A stretch of 61,159 bases of DNA, filler included, from Candidatus Omnitrophota bacterium (lineage in GTDB: Bacteria > Omnitrophota > Gorgyraeia > JAGLLT01): the NCBI GenBank assembly GCA_023140385.1. It is 4 parts of 4 records of this genome, joined end to end, with 100 filler letters (N's around TTAATTAATTAA, not from the genome) between each part and the next. Parts side by side here need not be neighbours in the genome. Positions count along the whole stretch, not along the records: positions 1 to 5,607 come from JAGLLT010000038.1; positions 5,708 to 26,007 come from JAGLLT010000039.1; 2 more parts are not named here. One strand, given 5' to 3'. The stretch's first letter is position 1, and each line of letters opens with the position of its first letter. Positions 1 to 10,840 of this stretch are shown here, one piece after another. The translations under genes were made by a program, and so were the position numbers. Under the pieces are notes generated by a model that was not told the origin of the DNA, made no database searches, and saw only the letters and a program-made list of their open reading frames with translations.

Positions 1-831
1 GGCGCGGCGCTTGATGTCTATGAAAAATCTCCGCCCGTAGATAACCCTCTTGTCAAACTGGACTGTGTTGTGGCTACTCCTCATCTGGGCGCTTCCACCG
101 AAGAGGCGCAGGTAAGTGTGGCGATTGATATGGCCAGGCAAATGAAAGATGCTTTGCTGGGAAAAGGATACAGGAACGCGGTTAACCTTCCGTCGGTCGA
201 TTCCGAGACGCTCGAAATTATAAAACCTTATATCAACCTGGCAGAGAAGTTGGGCAGTTTTCAGAGCCAGATGCTTGAAGGGCGTGTAAAGCAGGTTAAT
301 ATAAAGTATACGGGGGACATCTGCAAGTATCCTGTTTCTCCTATTACAATAGGCGTAATCAAGGGCATGCTTTCTTCAATTTTGGAAGATGACGTGAATA
401 ATGTTAATGCTCAGGCCATCGCTAAGGAGCGCGGTATTAAAATTGTCGAAAGTAAGCAGGAAGAAGCGGAAGAGTTTAATAATCTTGTTGAGGTGGAAGT
501 AATAACCGGCAAAGGTAAATGCGAGATAGCGGGCACGTTATCTACAAAGCAGGATCCGAGGATTGTCAAAGTAAATGACTATTATGTTGACGCGGTTCCA
601 TCGGGCTATATGATGATTACCAGGCATAAAGATGTGGCCGGCATAATAGGGCTGATAGGTACAATTTTAGGAAAGAATAAAATTAATATCGCGGCTATGG
701 CTTTAGGAAGAAAGAAAAAGGGCGGCGAAGCGATAACTGTTATAAATATTGACACTGCCGTCAAAGAAAAAGTTCTTGAAGAGATTAAAAACGCGAAAAA
801 CATTAGAGACGTAAAGGTAATAAAACTTTAA
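1..831 (+). CDS. serA: D-3-phosphoglycerate dehydrogenase, C-terminal part (5' truncated by window)
   Basis: Frame open from base 1 (GAALDVYEKSP...VATPHLGASTEEAQ), followed by ASB-like and C-terminal ACT-like domains typical of long SerA. Confidence 0.93.
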   Translation, partial: GAALDVYEKSPPVDNPLVKLDCVVATPHLGASTEEAQVSVAIDMARQMKDALLGKGYRNAVNLPSVDSETLEIIKPYINLAEKLGSFQSQMLEGRVKQVNIKYTGDICKYPVSPITIGVIKGMLSSILEDDVNNVNAQAIAKERGIKIVESKQEEAEEFNNLVEVEVITGKGKCEIAGTLSTKQDPRIVKVNDYYVDAVPSGYMMITRHKDVAGIIGLIGTILGKNKINIAAMALGRKKKGGEAITVINIDTAVKEKVLEEIKNAKNIRDVKVIKL

Positions 832-860
832 ATCTCTTTTTTAACTGAGAGGAAATAATT

Positions 861-2102
861 ATGGCCAAGAAAAAAAGCAAAATTTACATTATTGATGTTA
901 CCAACCGTGACGGTGTTCAGACTTCTAGGCTGGGACTGGCGAAGCTTGAGAAAACTATGCTTAACTTATATTTAAACGAGATGGGAGTTTTTCAAAGCGA
1001 GTTTGGTTTTCCGGTAACGAATCATGAGACTAATTATATAAATGCCAACATTGAATTAGCAAAAAAAGGGGTGCTGGTACCGATGATCTTGAGCGGGTGG
1101 ACCAGGGCCATACCGGAGGATATTGAAAACGCCGTTAGGTTGACCAAGGTAGAACATCTTAATATTTCTATCTCGACCTCAGACCAAATGATAAAGGGAA
1201 AGTTTGGCGGAAAAAAGACGAAGAAAGATGTTTTAAAGTTGATGGTTTCCGCCTTAAAAATGGCCAGGAAGAAAGGAATTAAAACGGTGGGTGTTAACGC
1301 GGAAGATGCTTCGAGGACTGATATGGACTATCTTATCGCCTTTGCTCTGGCGGCCCGCGATAACGGAGCGGACAGGATAAGATATTGTGATACGCTGGGT
1401 TATGATAACCCCCAATCTATTTACGCGAGAATTTCCGAGTTGGCGGAAAGGGTGGGGCTGCCGGTTGAAATTCACTGCCACAATGATTTAGGAATGGTGG
1501 TGGGCAATTCGGTTATCGGGGCTGTAGCGGCGGTAGAAAAGGGAGTTGACGCTTACATAAATACCACAGTTAACGGCCTGGGAGAAAGGGCCGGTAACGC
1601 GGATCTGGTATCCGTCATTTTAGCTTTGAAGTTCTCTAAAGATTTGAGTGAAAAAAAACTTCTTGACGGTAGAATTAAACTGTCTGTGGCATGGAAGCTT
1701 GCCAAGTACGCCGCCTATGCCTTTGGGGTTCCCCTTGCTATAAAGCAGCCCGGCGTAGGGGCTAACGCCTTTGCTCATGAATCAGGAATACACGCGGACG
1801 GCGCCTTAAAGGATAGGCGTAACTATGAACTTTACGACTATGAGGAGTTAGGCCGCGGCGAACCCGAAACGGTTGATACAGGGCGCAAGATTACGGCCGG
1901 CGAGTATAGCGGCATCAAGGGCTTCAGAAACGTTTATTCAAAGCTTGAGATAAAGTTTAAGGATGACAGTGAAGCGCGTGAGGTGTTGGAGCTGGTCAGG
2001 TATGCTAATGTTCAGACGCAGAAACCTTTGGTTGAAGATGAGTTGAGATTTATTGCCAAGTATCCAAAAATTGCTAAAAAGATTTTGACGACAACACCTT
2101 AA
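861..2102 (+). CDS. DRE-TIM acetyl-CoA condensing enzyme (homocitrate synthase/LeuA family), probably Re-citrate synthase-like
   Basis: DVTNRDGVQT, HCHNDLG, GLGERAGNA and HESGIHADG motifs; no LeuA regulatory domain. Confidence 0.8.
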   Translation: MAKKKSKIYIIDVTNRDGVQTSRLGLAKLEKTMLNLYLNEMGVFQSEFGFPVTNHETNYINANIELAKKGVLVPMILSGWTRAIPEDIENAVRLTKVEHLNISISTSDQMIKGKFGGKKTKKDVLKLMVSALKMARKKGIKTVGVNAEDASRTDMDYLIAFALAARDNGADRIRYCDTLGYDNPQSIYARISELAERVGLPVEIHCHNDLGMVVGNSVIGAVAAVEKGVDAYINTTVNGLGERAGNADLVSVILALKFSKDLSEKKLLDGRIKLSVAWKLAKYAAYAFGVPLAIKQPGVGANAFAHESGIHADGALKDRRNYELYDYEELGRGEPETVDTGRKITAGEYSGIKGFRNVYSKLEIKFKDDSEAREVLELVRYANVQTQKPLVEDELRFIAKYPKIAKKILTTTP

Positions 2103-2233
2103 TTGGATGTTATGAAATCGATAAATTTACTTGACGAAAAATTGGCTTGAATAATTTAGACGCATACTGTAATATATCTATTAAAAGATTATTCTAGGCG
2201 CGTGGGATTATTTTATTAAGGAAGAATTGGTAG

Positions 2234-2307
2234 ACTCCTTGCTTAAGCTTTGGAGTTAATCTCTGCCTGACGGCAGGCAGGCTTCCCGCCACGGCGGGAC
2301 TCATTAA
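2234..2307 (+). repeat. Palindromic intergenic repeat, copy A (74 bp, three hairpins, ends CTCATTAA)
   Basis: Ungapped 63/74 match to the reverse complement of 49702-49775; hairpins CTGCCTG-acgg-CAGGCAG and TCCCGCC-ac-GGCGGGA. Confidence 0.9.
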
Positions 2308-2316
2308 GGAGGGGAA

Positions 2317-3609
2317 ATGATATATAAAATTATTAGGGTTTCTCTGATTTTTTTATGCTTGGTAGTGCCATCGGTTAAAGTTGCGGCAAGAACTTCTGTC
2401 CTTGAAGATGTTTTAGTTAAGCAGCTTGAAGATAGAACGGAAATTACTTTTAAATTTAACCAGCCGACGACCATGGTTTTTTATACCATTGGCAACCCTC
2501 CCCAGATTATTGCTGACATCATTGGCAATGCTTTTACACAGTCCGATAAAGTTCGAACGGTTATTACGGTTGATGAGGGGAAGATAAAGGACATAAAGGT
2601 TTTTGGAGACCCGTCTTTAGGTGATGAAATTTTTTACGGTATAGATTTTCTTATAGTGAGCCTTGAGGAAAAAGTTTCCTATACCTCGTTAAGACAGGAT
2701 AATAAGTGCGTTCTTTATGTAGCCAATTCTCCTGACGTAAAACTATTCCCGCCTGCGGTAAAGTTACTCAGCCGCGAACAAAAACCTAAAAAACCTGAAC
2801 CTGCCGTGGAAGAAGAGATGTCTGTAATTGACATTCAACGGCCCGCTGGAGTTTTTGTTGAAGAGGAAATTATTATTGAAGAGGAAGAACTGCCGATTAT
2901 AGTAGGGGACTCCGGATTACCTTCAATAAAGTTTAAAGACATAGATGATTTGGATTTAGATGAAGAAAAATGGGGAGTAGAGCTTGAACCAAAATTCAAG
3001 GAAGAAGACAGGCTTGCCGCGCCAAGGCTGAAGACTCCGCGGCCGAGGACAAAAAGGCCCGAGATATCTTTGCCTGAGGCATCTTTACCTGAAGCACCTT
3101 TGCCTGAGGCATCTTTGCCTGAAGTACCCCTGCCTGAAGTGGTCTTAAAAGAAGAAGTTAAAACAGTTGGCATTGAACTTCAACCGAAAAAAGAAGTTGA
3201 GGCAAAGATTAAACGGCCTCAACCCACCAGCGGCGATGTGGAATTGGCGCGCCAGTGGCGAAGGATGGGGTATGACTACCAGAAAACGGAGAATTACATA
3301 AAGGCCGCTGACTGTTACAAAAAGGCGATAGCGTTATATCCGGATTTTGCCTGTGCTCATAACGATTTGGGCATTTCATATTACTATTTAGACGCGTATA
3401 AAAAAGCTGTGGCTGAGTTGAATAAAGCTATTGAAATAGATCCAAAGTACTTGAGTGCCTACACCAATCTGGCACTTGTTTATGAAGAGATGGGTGAGGC
3501 TAAAAAGGCCATAGCTTGTTGGCAAAAACGCATCGGCTTTGCCAAAGATAGTGATGCCTGGACTAAAAAGGCGAAAAGAAAGATAGAACAGCTTAAAAGA
3601 AAAAGATAA
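2317..3609 (+). CDS. Exported protein with AMIN-like N-terminal domain, Pro/Glu-rich linker and C-terminal TPR repeats
   Basis: Signal-peptide-like N-terminus; TPR motifs (AHNDLGISYY, AYTNLALVYEEMG); AGGAGG RBS. Confidence 0.75.
   Translation: MIYKIIRVSLIFLCLVVPSVKVAARTSVLEDVLVKQLEDRTEITFKFNQPTTMVFYTIGNPPQIIADIIGNAFTQSDKVRTVITVDEGKIKDIKVFGDPSLGDEIFYGIDFLIVSLEEKVSYTSLRQDNKCVLYVANSPDVKLFPPAVKLLSREQKPKKPEPAVEEEMSVIDIQRPAGVFVEEEIIIEEEELPIIVGDSGLPSIKFKDIDDLDLDEEKWGVELEPKFKEEDRLAAPRLKTPRPRTKRPEISLPEASLPEAPLPEASLPEVPLPEVVLKEEVKTVGIELQPKKEVEAKIKRPQPTSGDVELARQWRRMGYDYQKTENYIKAADCYKKAIALYPDFACAHNDLGISYYYLDAYKKAVAELNKAIEIDPKYLSAYTNLALVYEEMGEAKKAIACWQKRIGFAKDSDAWTKKAKRKIEQLKRKR
3067..3141 (+). repeat. 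Coding tandem repeat, 5 x 15 nt encoding (S/P)LPE(A/V)
   Basis: tctttgcctgaggca / tctttacctgaagca / cctttgcctgaggca / tctttgcctgaagta / cccctgcctgaagtg. Confidence 0.9.
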
Positions 3610-3642
3610 TAACAAAAATAGAAGCGCGGAAAAGAGTGGTAA

Positions 3643-4926
<1,284 letters not shown>

Positions 4927-4936
4927 AGGTAAGGCA

Positions 4937-5607
4937 ATGGCGCTAAACGGTATCTACTACTTGATAATTCCGGCGGCTGTATGTGTGCTGGGGTTGGTGA
5001 TTGCTAAAATTTTGGCTTTGTTCGTGATGAAACAGGATAAAGGCAGTAAACGCATGACCGAAGTGCATGGATATATTCGCTCCGGGGCAATGATGTTTAT
5101 GGTTGAAGAGGCAAGGATAATGGTTGTGGTTTTGGCCCTTTTGGCCGGACTGCTCTGGATGATATGGGATTGGCAGATTGCCATAAGTTTTGTCATCGGA
5201 ACTTTCTGTTCGGGATTGGCAGGTTTTATCGGAATGAATATGGCTACTAACGCCAACGTGAGAACCGCTCAGGCGGCTACGGGCGGCTTCTCAAAGGCTT
5301 TAAAGGTTGCTTTTTCCGGCGGCGCTGTTATGGGAATATCCGTGGGGTCGCTGGCGCTTCTCGGCCTTTGCTTTGTAATCTGGATTTTCAGGGGCCAATT
5401 TTTGGCCGATAACCTTTGTATCGAAAGTTTAAGAATTCCCATTATAAGTGATATCCTGGGTAAGGAGATTAATTTTATAAAAGGGGCTTTGATAGTCAGC
5501 GCCTACTCGATGGGAGCGTCACTGGTTGCTCTTTTTGACCGTGTTGGCGGCGGCATTTATACTAAAGCGGCGGATATGGCGGCGGATATGGTGGGCAAGG
5601 TTGAAGA
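4937..5607 (+). CDS. hppA: Membrane-bound Na+/H+-translocating pyrophosphatase, N-terminal part (truncated by gap)
   Basis: Multiple TM helices, ANVRTA motif and RVGGGIYTKAADMAADMVGKVE signature. Confidence 0.93.
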
Positions 5608-5707
5608 NNNNNNNNNNNNNNNNNNNNNNNNNNNNNNNNNNNNNNNNNNNNTTAATTAATTAANNNNNNNNNNNNNNNNNNNNNNNNNNNNNNNNNNNNN
5701 NNNNNNN
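5608..5707. other. Artificial contig linker (N-run with TTAATTAATTAA)
   Basis: 100-nt N block with a stop-codon spacer; identical blocks at 26008 and 52579. Confidence 0.98.
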
Positions 5708-5708
5708 T

Positions 5709-6692
5709 GCCGGTGATGTTATACTGATTGTTCCTTCACTGAGAAGCCTGAGAGCCAAATTTCCGGGAGCGTATATCAGTGTTATAGTGGACATGGAGGT
5801 AAAGGATATTTTAAAAAACTGCCCGTATGTGGATGAAGTTCTGGCCTATGATATTAAAGGCGCGGCTTTAGTATCAAAGGATATAATCAATATTGCCCGA
5901 AGTTTAAGAAGAGAGTCCTTTGATATGGTTATAGATTTACAGAATAACTCTAAGAGCCATCTTTTGGGATTTTTAAGCGCCTCGGCAAAGAGATACGGTT
6001 ATAAAAATAAAAAACTGGGATTTCTTCTTAAGTACGGGATTAAGGATACGGGCAGGCTGGTAGACCCTATAAAGCATCAGGAGCGGGTTTTGAATCTATT
6101 GGGGGTAGATATTGTGGACAAGAGCCTGAAGTTGTGGCCGGCAGATGAGGACGAGAGGTACATAGAGGAGTTCTTAAAGAGTGAGTGGGTAGCGAAAGGC
6201 CAGCCTTTGGTCGGGCTAAATATAACAGCCAGTAAAAGATGGCAGAGCAAGAGGTGGCCGCTTGAAAATTTTGCTAAACTCAGCAATGAACTGACACTAA
6301 AGCACAATCTCAGGATTGTAGTGACCGGCGGCTCGGAGGACAAGGAGGAGGCGGAGAGATTTGCCGCCCTTACTAAAAGCAAGCCCATTATTGCCTGCGG
6401 CAAAACCTCTTTTATGCAGCTTGCCGCCCTGATTAAGAGATGCCGGGTTATTGTTACCAGTGACTCCGCGCCTATGCACGTTGCCGCCGCCTTAAAGGTT
6501 CCCTTTGTAGCTTTGTTCGGCCCGACAGATCCTAAAAGGCATGTCGCGTCGGCCGACAAATGCACCGTTATTTATAAAAGGCCTAAGTGCGGCCCCTGCT
6601 ATAAGCCAAAGTGTGATATTATGAAGTGTATGAAGAGTATCGGAGTTGAGGAAGTCGCCAAGGCTGTTATAAAATGGATTAACGCGAAATGA
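5709..6692 (+). CDS. Glycosyltransferase family 9 (heptosyltransferase-like), 5' truncated
   Basis: Frame open from the gap (AGDVILIVPSLRSLR); SKRWP, DSAPMHVAAA and LFGPT motifs. Confidence 0.88.
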   Translation, partial: AGDVILIVPSLRSLRAKFPGAYISVIVDMEVKDILKNCPYVDEVLAYDIKGAALVSKDIINIARSLRRESFDMVIDLQNNSKSHLLGFLSASAKRYGYKNKKLGFLLKYGIKDTGRLVDPIKHQERVLNLLGVDIVDKSLKLWPADEDERYIEEFLKSEWVAKGQPLVGLNITASKRWQSKRWPLENFAKLSNELTLKHNLRIVVTGGSEDKEEAERFAALTKSKPIIACGKTSFMQLAALIKRCRVIVTSDSAPMHVAAALKVPFVALFGPTDPKRHVASADKCTVIYKRPKCGPCYKPKCDIMKCMKSIGVEEVAKAVIKWINAK

Positions 6693-7801
6693 AGATATTG
6701 CTTATGACAACTCATTTAAACGTGGGCGGGATTACTTCGTACACCATATCTCTAGCTAAGAAGTTAAGAGATGCCGGGCATCAGGTGTGGGTTGCTTCAA
6801 GCGGCGGACAGTTGGCGGGCGGACTGGAAGCGGACTCCCTCAGGCATGTTTTGGTCTCCCTTAATACCAAATCAGAACTAAATCCCAAACTGCTCCTAGC
6901 CGTTTTAAAGTTGAGACACCTTATTAAGAAGGAGAGAATTGATATTATCCATGCTCAGACAAGAGTAGCGCAGGTAGCGGCGGCGCTCTTATCGGTCCTA
7001 TGCAAGGTTCCTTATGTAACTACTTGTCACGGGTTTTTCAAGCCTAAAAAGTCGCGGTTAATTTTTCAGTGCTGGGGCGCTAAGGTGATTGCTATTAGTG
7101 AGGCGGTCAGGGCGCATTTGGTTAACAATATGCGGGTCGCTAAAGATAGGGTTGAGTTAATCTACAACGGAGTAGACCTGAAAACCTTCTCATGTTCTTA
7201 CGGCCCGGAGGAGAAAGCGGGTTTTAGAGAGAAGTTCGGGCTTAAAGAAGCGCCGGTGGTAGGCATTATTGCCAGGTTGTCCCCGGTTAAGGGGCATAGA
7301 TATTTTCTGGAAGCCGCCCAAAAGATATTAAAGGAAAAGCCGGATACGCAGTTTCTTATTATCGGAGACGGTCCGGAAGAGGGATATCTCAAAAAATTAT
7401 CACAAACCCTAATGATTGAAGAAAAAACGCGTTTTTTTTCCTCAGTTTTTGAGACTAGCATTCCTTTATCTATTATTGATGTCTTTGTTATGCCGTCACT
7501 TGAAGAAGGATTGGGTTTGTCTATATTGGAGGCGATGGCTTGTTCGGTAGCGGTGGTTGCCAGTAACGTCGGAGGTATTTACTCTCTGGTTGATAATGGC
7601 AAGAGCGGATATCTGGTGCCTCCGAAAAACGCGGAGGCTATTAAAGAAGCTGTGGTAAAGTTTTTAGGCGATAGCGGCCTCAGGAGTAAGTTTGCCGCGG
7701 TAGGAAGACGGACGGCTGAAGATAAATTTTCGCTGGACGAACTTAGCAAAAGGGTTGAACGGGTCTACAGTGAGACAGTTGAGCATAAAAGGAAAATATG
7801 A
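6689..7801 (+). CDS. Glycosyltransferase family 4
   Basis: GGITSY N-terminus, HAQ, ARLSPVKGH, PSLEEGLGLSILEAM motifs. Confidence 0.92.
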   Translation: MKILLMTTHLNVGGITSYTISLAKKLRDAGHQVWVASSGGQLAGGLEADSLRHVLVSLNTKSELNPKLLLAVLKLRHLIKKERIDIIHAQTRVAQVAAALLSVLCKVPYVTTCHGFFKPKKSRLIFQCWGAKVIAISEAVRAHLVNNMRVAKDRVELIYNGVDLKTFSCSYGPEEKAGFREKFGLKEAPVVGIIARLSPVKGHRYFLEAAQKILKEKPDTQFLIIGDGPEEGYLKKLSQTLMIEEKTRFFSSVFETSIPLSIIDVFVMPSLEEGLGLSILEAMACSVAVVASNVGGIYSLVDNGKSGYLVPPKNAEAIKEAVVKFLGDSGLRSKFAAVGRRTAEDKFSLDELSKRVERVYSETVEHKRKI

Positions 7802-8841
7802 CAGACAGGATAAAACGGCCAAAACGTATTTTAATCGTCAATGTTAACTGGTTGGGAGACGTACTCTTTTCAACGGCTGCCATTCGCGCCCTGCGGCGAA
7901 GGTATCCTGATGCTTACCTTGCCTGTATGCTTGTGCCTCGCGCGAAACAGATTTTAGAGGATAATCCCCGGCTGAATGAAATTATAGTTTACGATGAAAA
8001 GGGCAGGCACAGAGGCGTTATCGGCAAGTTGAGATTTATCTTCTTCCTGAAGAAAAAGCGCTTTGATATAGTTTTTCTTTTTCAGCGTTCTTTTACCAGA
8101 CTGCTGTTGTGTTTTCTGGCGGGCATACCGCAAAGGGTGGGGTACTATAGAAAGAAAGGCGGTTTTTTGCTGACAAAAAAGGTTGCTCCAGCTGTTGGCC
8201 GGATTCACAGGGCTGAATATTTTTTAAGGATTGCCGGAGAGGCGGAAGGCGCCGCTGATAATAGAGGTTGTGAGTTTTTTATAGCGGAAGAAGCCGAAAT
8301 CTCAATGAAGAAGTTTCTTGAGGCGCGCAAAGTAAAAAAAGACAACCTTCTGGCAGTTATAAATCCCGGGGGCAACTGGAACCTGAAAAGATGGCCGGCT
8401 GAAAGATTCGCGCGGCTGGCGGATGAGTTGATAAAAAGATACTCGATGAAGGTGATAATTTCCGGCGGGCCGGCGGATGTCCGGCTGGCTGAGGAGATAA
8501 AAAAGATGATGGACTGCAGTCCTATTGTCTCTTGCGGCAGGACGAACCTTAAAGAGCTGGCCGCTCTTTTGAAATTTTCTGATTTAGTGATTTCGGCAGA
8601 CTCCGGGCCTCTGCATATTACTGTTGCCGTCGGAACTCCCGCGATAGCTCTGTTCGGCCCGACAAGCAGTGATATTACCGGCCCCTTTACCGGTAAAACA
8701 CCGTACACAGTTATCCAAAAAGATGTAGGATGCGAGGTGCCCTGCTATAATCTTGACTGTCCGGAAAACAGGTGCATGAAGGCCATAACCGTCGATGACG
8801 TTTTTGAGGCGGCTAAAAAGTTAATTAGAAAGTTGAGATGA
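7798..8841 (+). CDS. waaF: GT9 lipopolysaccharide heptosyltransferase II-like
   Basis: NWLGDV, INPGG...KRWP, DSGPLH, LFGPT motifs; the waaF assignment among paralogs is tentative. Confidence 0.7.
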   Translation: MTDRIKRPKRILIVNVNWLGDVLFSTAAIRALRRRYPDAYLACMLVPRAKQILEDNPRLNEIIVYDEKGRHRGVIGKLRFIFFLKKKRFDIVFLFQRSFTRLLLCFLAGIPQRVGYYRKKGGFLLTKKVAPAVGRIHRAEYFLRIAGEAEGAADNRGCEFFIAEEAEISMKKFLEARKVKKDNLLAVINPGGNWNLKRWPAERFARLADELIKRYSMKVIISGGPADVRLAEEIKKMMDCSPIVSCGRTNLKELAALLKFSDLVISADSGPLHITVAVGTPAIALFGPTSSDITGPFTGKTPYTVIQKDVGCEVPCYNLDCPENRCMKAITVDDVFEAAKKLIRKLR

Positions 8842-9800
8842 AAAAAGTAAAGTCAGTTCTCTTGATAACCTTAAGCAATATCGGTGATGCTGTTTTGACA
8901 ACACCCGTACTTTATATTTTATGCCGGGAGTTTCCCGAAGCCGCGGTGGACGTTGTGTGCGGCCCGAGAGTAAGAGAAATTTTTTCTTCGATTTCAGGGG
9001 TTAGAAGAGTTATTCCTTATAATAAATTTGATTCTTTTAAGAATAAAGTCAGATTAATTTTCAGCTTGAGCCAGAAATATGACCTGGTGGTTGATTTGCG
9101 TCACACATTAATCCCCCTGTTTATAAGCCCGCGCTATAGGACGGCTCTCTGGCGGCGGAAGTCTAAAAAAAGAGCTTATATGAAAGATGTCCATCTGGAC
9201 AGGCTTAAGCAGATTGGTATAAATATCGAAAAGGCCGATTTTCTGATAGAGATAAGAGATGAAGATGAAAGGATTGCCGGGGAGCTGCTTGGACACTTTA
9301 AAACTGAAGAAACACTTATAGCTATGGCCCCCGGAGCCCTGAGTGAGGTTAAAAGGTGGCCGGCCGGACATTTTAAGGAGACGGCTGAGAAGCTGGCCGG
9401 CGGGCTGGATGTTTGTATAGTGCTCGTAGGTGATAAAGATGATTGTCGTATAGCGGATGAAATTACCCGCGGCCTGCCGCAAAAAATACTTAATCTCTGC
9501 GGCAAAACCTCTCTTATGCAGTTGGCGGCCATCTTGAAAAAGACAAGGCTTCTCATTACCAATGACAGCGCTCCTATGCATTTAGCCGCCGCCCAAAAAG
9601 TACCCGTAATATCATTATTCGGCCCCACAAACTCTATTAAGTACGGCCCCCGGGGAGAGTATGATCGTATTATTAAAAAGGAAATCGATTGCGCGCCATG
9701 TGAAAAAGCGCAGTGCCGGTTTGACAATGAATGCCTTAGAAATATTGAATCTGAGGAAGTGGTTAAGGCCGCGGCCGGAATATTACAAGCTATAAAATGA
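8838..9800 (+). CDS. GT9 heptosyltransferase-like
   Basis: SNIGDAVL, KRWP, NDSAPMHLAAA, LFGPT motifs. Confidence 0.88.
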   Translation: MKKVKSVLLITLSNIGDAVLTTPVLYILCREFPEAAVDVVCGPRVREIFSSISGVRRVIPYNKFDSFKNKVRLIFSLSQKYDLVVDLRHTLIPLFISPRYRTALWRRKSKKRAYMKDVHLDRLKQIGINIEKADFLIEIRDEDERIAGELLGHFKTEETLIAMAPGALSEVKRWPAGHFKETAEKLAGGLDVCIVLVGDKDDCRIADEITRGLPQKILNLCGKTSLMQLAAILKKTRLLITNDSAPMHLAAAQKVPVISLFGPTNSIKYGPRGEYDRIIKKEIDCAPCEKAQCRFDNECLRNIESEEVVKAAAGILQAIK

Positions 9801-10840
9801 AAAGTTTAAAAAGGATACTCATAGTCAGGACGGACAGGATAGGAGATGTGCTTTTGTCTACTCCGGTGATTAAGGCCTTGAGGGAGGTATATCCCGAGAG
9901 CCGCATTGCCTTTATGCTCAGGCCTTACGCGCGCGAGATAGCCGAAGGCAATCCGTATTTGGATGAAGTTATAGTCTATGACAAATACGGCAAAGACAGG
10001 GGTATTTATGCCGGATTAAGATTCGCTCATTTTCTTAAGAAAAAGAGATTTGACGCCGCCTTTATTCTTCACCCTACCAACAGAGTTCATTTAATAACCT
10101 TTCTGGCCCGCATTCCTATAAGAGTTGGCTATGATAAAAAAATGAGCTTTCTTTTGACTGACAGGATAAAAGACAGCAAGCATTTGGGCCAAAAGCATGA
10201 AGCTGAGTACAACTTTGATGTTCTTAAAGCCGTTGGTATCAAAAAGATGTCGGATGAACTATTTATGCCCCGCTTTACGCGAGATAAAGAGAAGGTTGAA
10301 GCAATCCTGATTGAAAAAGGGATTAAGGCCGGAGATAAGATAGTGGCGGTTCATCCTGCCGCCAGTTGTCCCTCTAAGATTTGGCCGCCCGAGCGTTTCG
10401 CGAAGGTATGCGACGCGCTTGTTAGAAATGACTCTTGTAAAATTGTTTTTATTTGCTCCGATAAAGATAAAGAAATATGCCGGCAGGTTGTTAGTTTTAT
10501 GAGTGAGGCCGCTTACGCTGTTTTTGAAGGGTTAAAATTAAAGGAGCTGGCCGCCCTTTTAGAGAAGGCGCGGCTGCTGATTTCCAATGATTCGGGGCCG
10601 GTTCATATTGCCGTCGCGGTTAGCACACCGGTAATTGATATTTTCGGGAGAAACCAGACCGGCCTGAGTCCCCGCCGCTGGGGCCCGCTTGATAAAAAGA
10701 GCATAGTTTTACATAAAGAAGTGGGATGCCGCGATTGCCTGGCGCATAAATGTGACAAAAATTTTAAGTGCCTCAAAGCCATAAAAGTAGAGGATGTTTT
10801 AGATGCCGCGAAAAAAATTGAAGAGAGTATTAGTAGTTAA
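9797..10840 (+). CDS. GT9 heptosyltransferase-like
   Basis: RTDRIGDVLL, SKIWP, NDSGPVHIA motifs. Confidence 0.88.
   Translation: MKSLKRILIVRTDRIGDVLLSTPVIKALREVYPESRIAFMLRPYAREIAEGNPYLDEVIVYDKYGKDRGIYAGLRFAHFLKKKRFDAAFILHPTNRVHLITFLARIPIRVGYDKKMSFLLTDRIKDSKHLGQKHEAEYNFDVLKAVGIKKMSDELFMPRFTRDKEKVEAILIEKGIKAGDKIVAVHPAASCPSKIWPPERFAKVCDALVRNDSCKIVFICSDKDKEICRQVVSFMSEAAYAVFEGLKLKELAALLEKARLLISNDSGPVHIAVAVSTPVIDIFGRNQTGLSPRRWGPLDKKSIVLHKEVGCRDCLAHKCDKNFKCLKAIKVEDVLDAAKKIEESISS

Noticed and set aside
5652..5663. TTAATTAATTAA inside N-runs (also near 26052 and 52623), resembling the TTAATT of the repeat family
   Set aside because: Identical artificial scaffold linkers; not biological, and gene adjacency across them is meaningless
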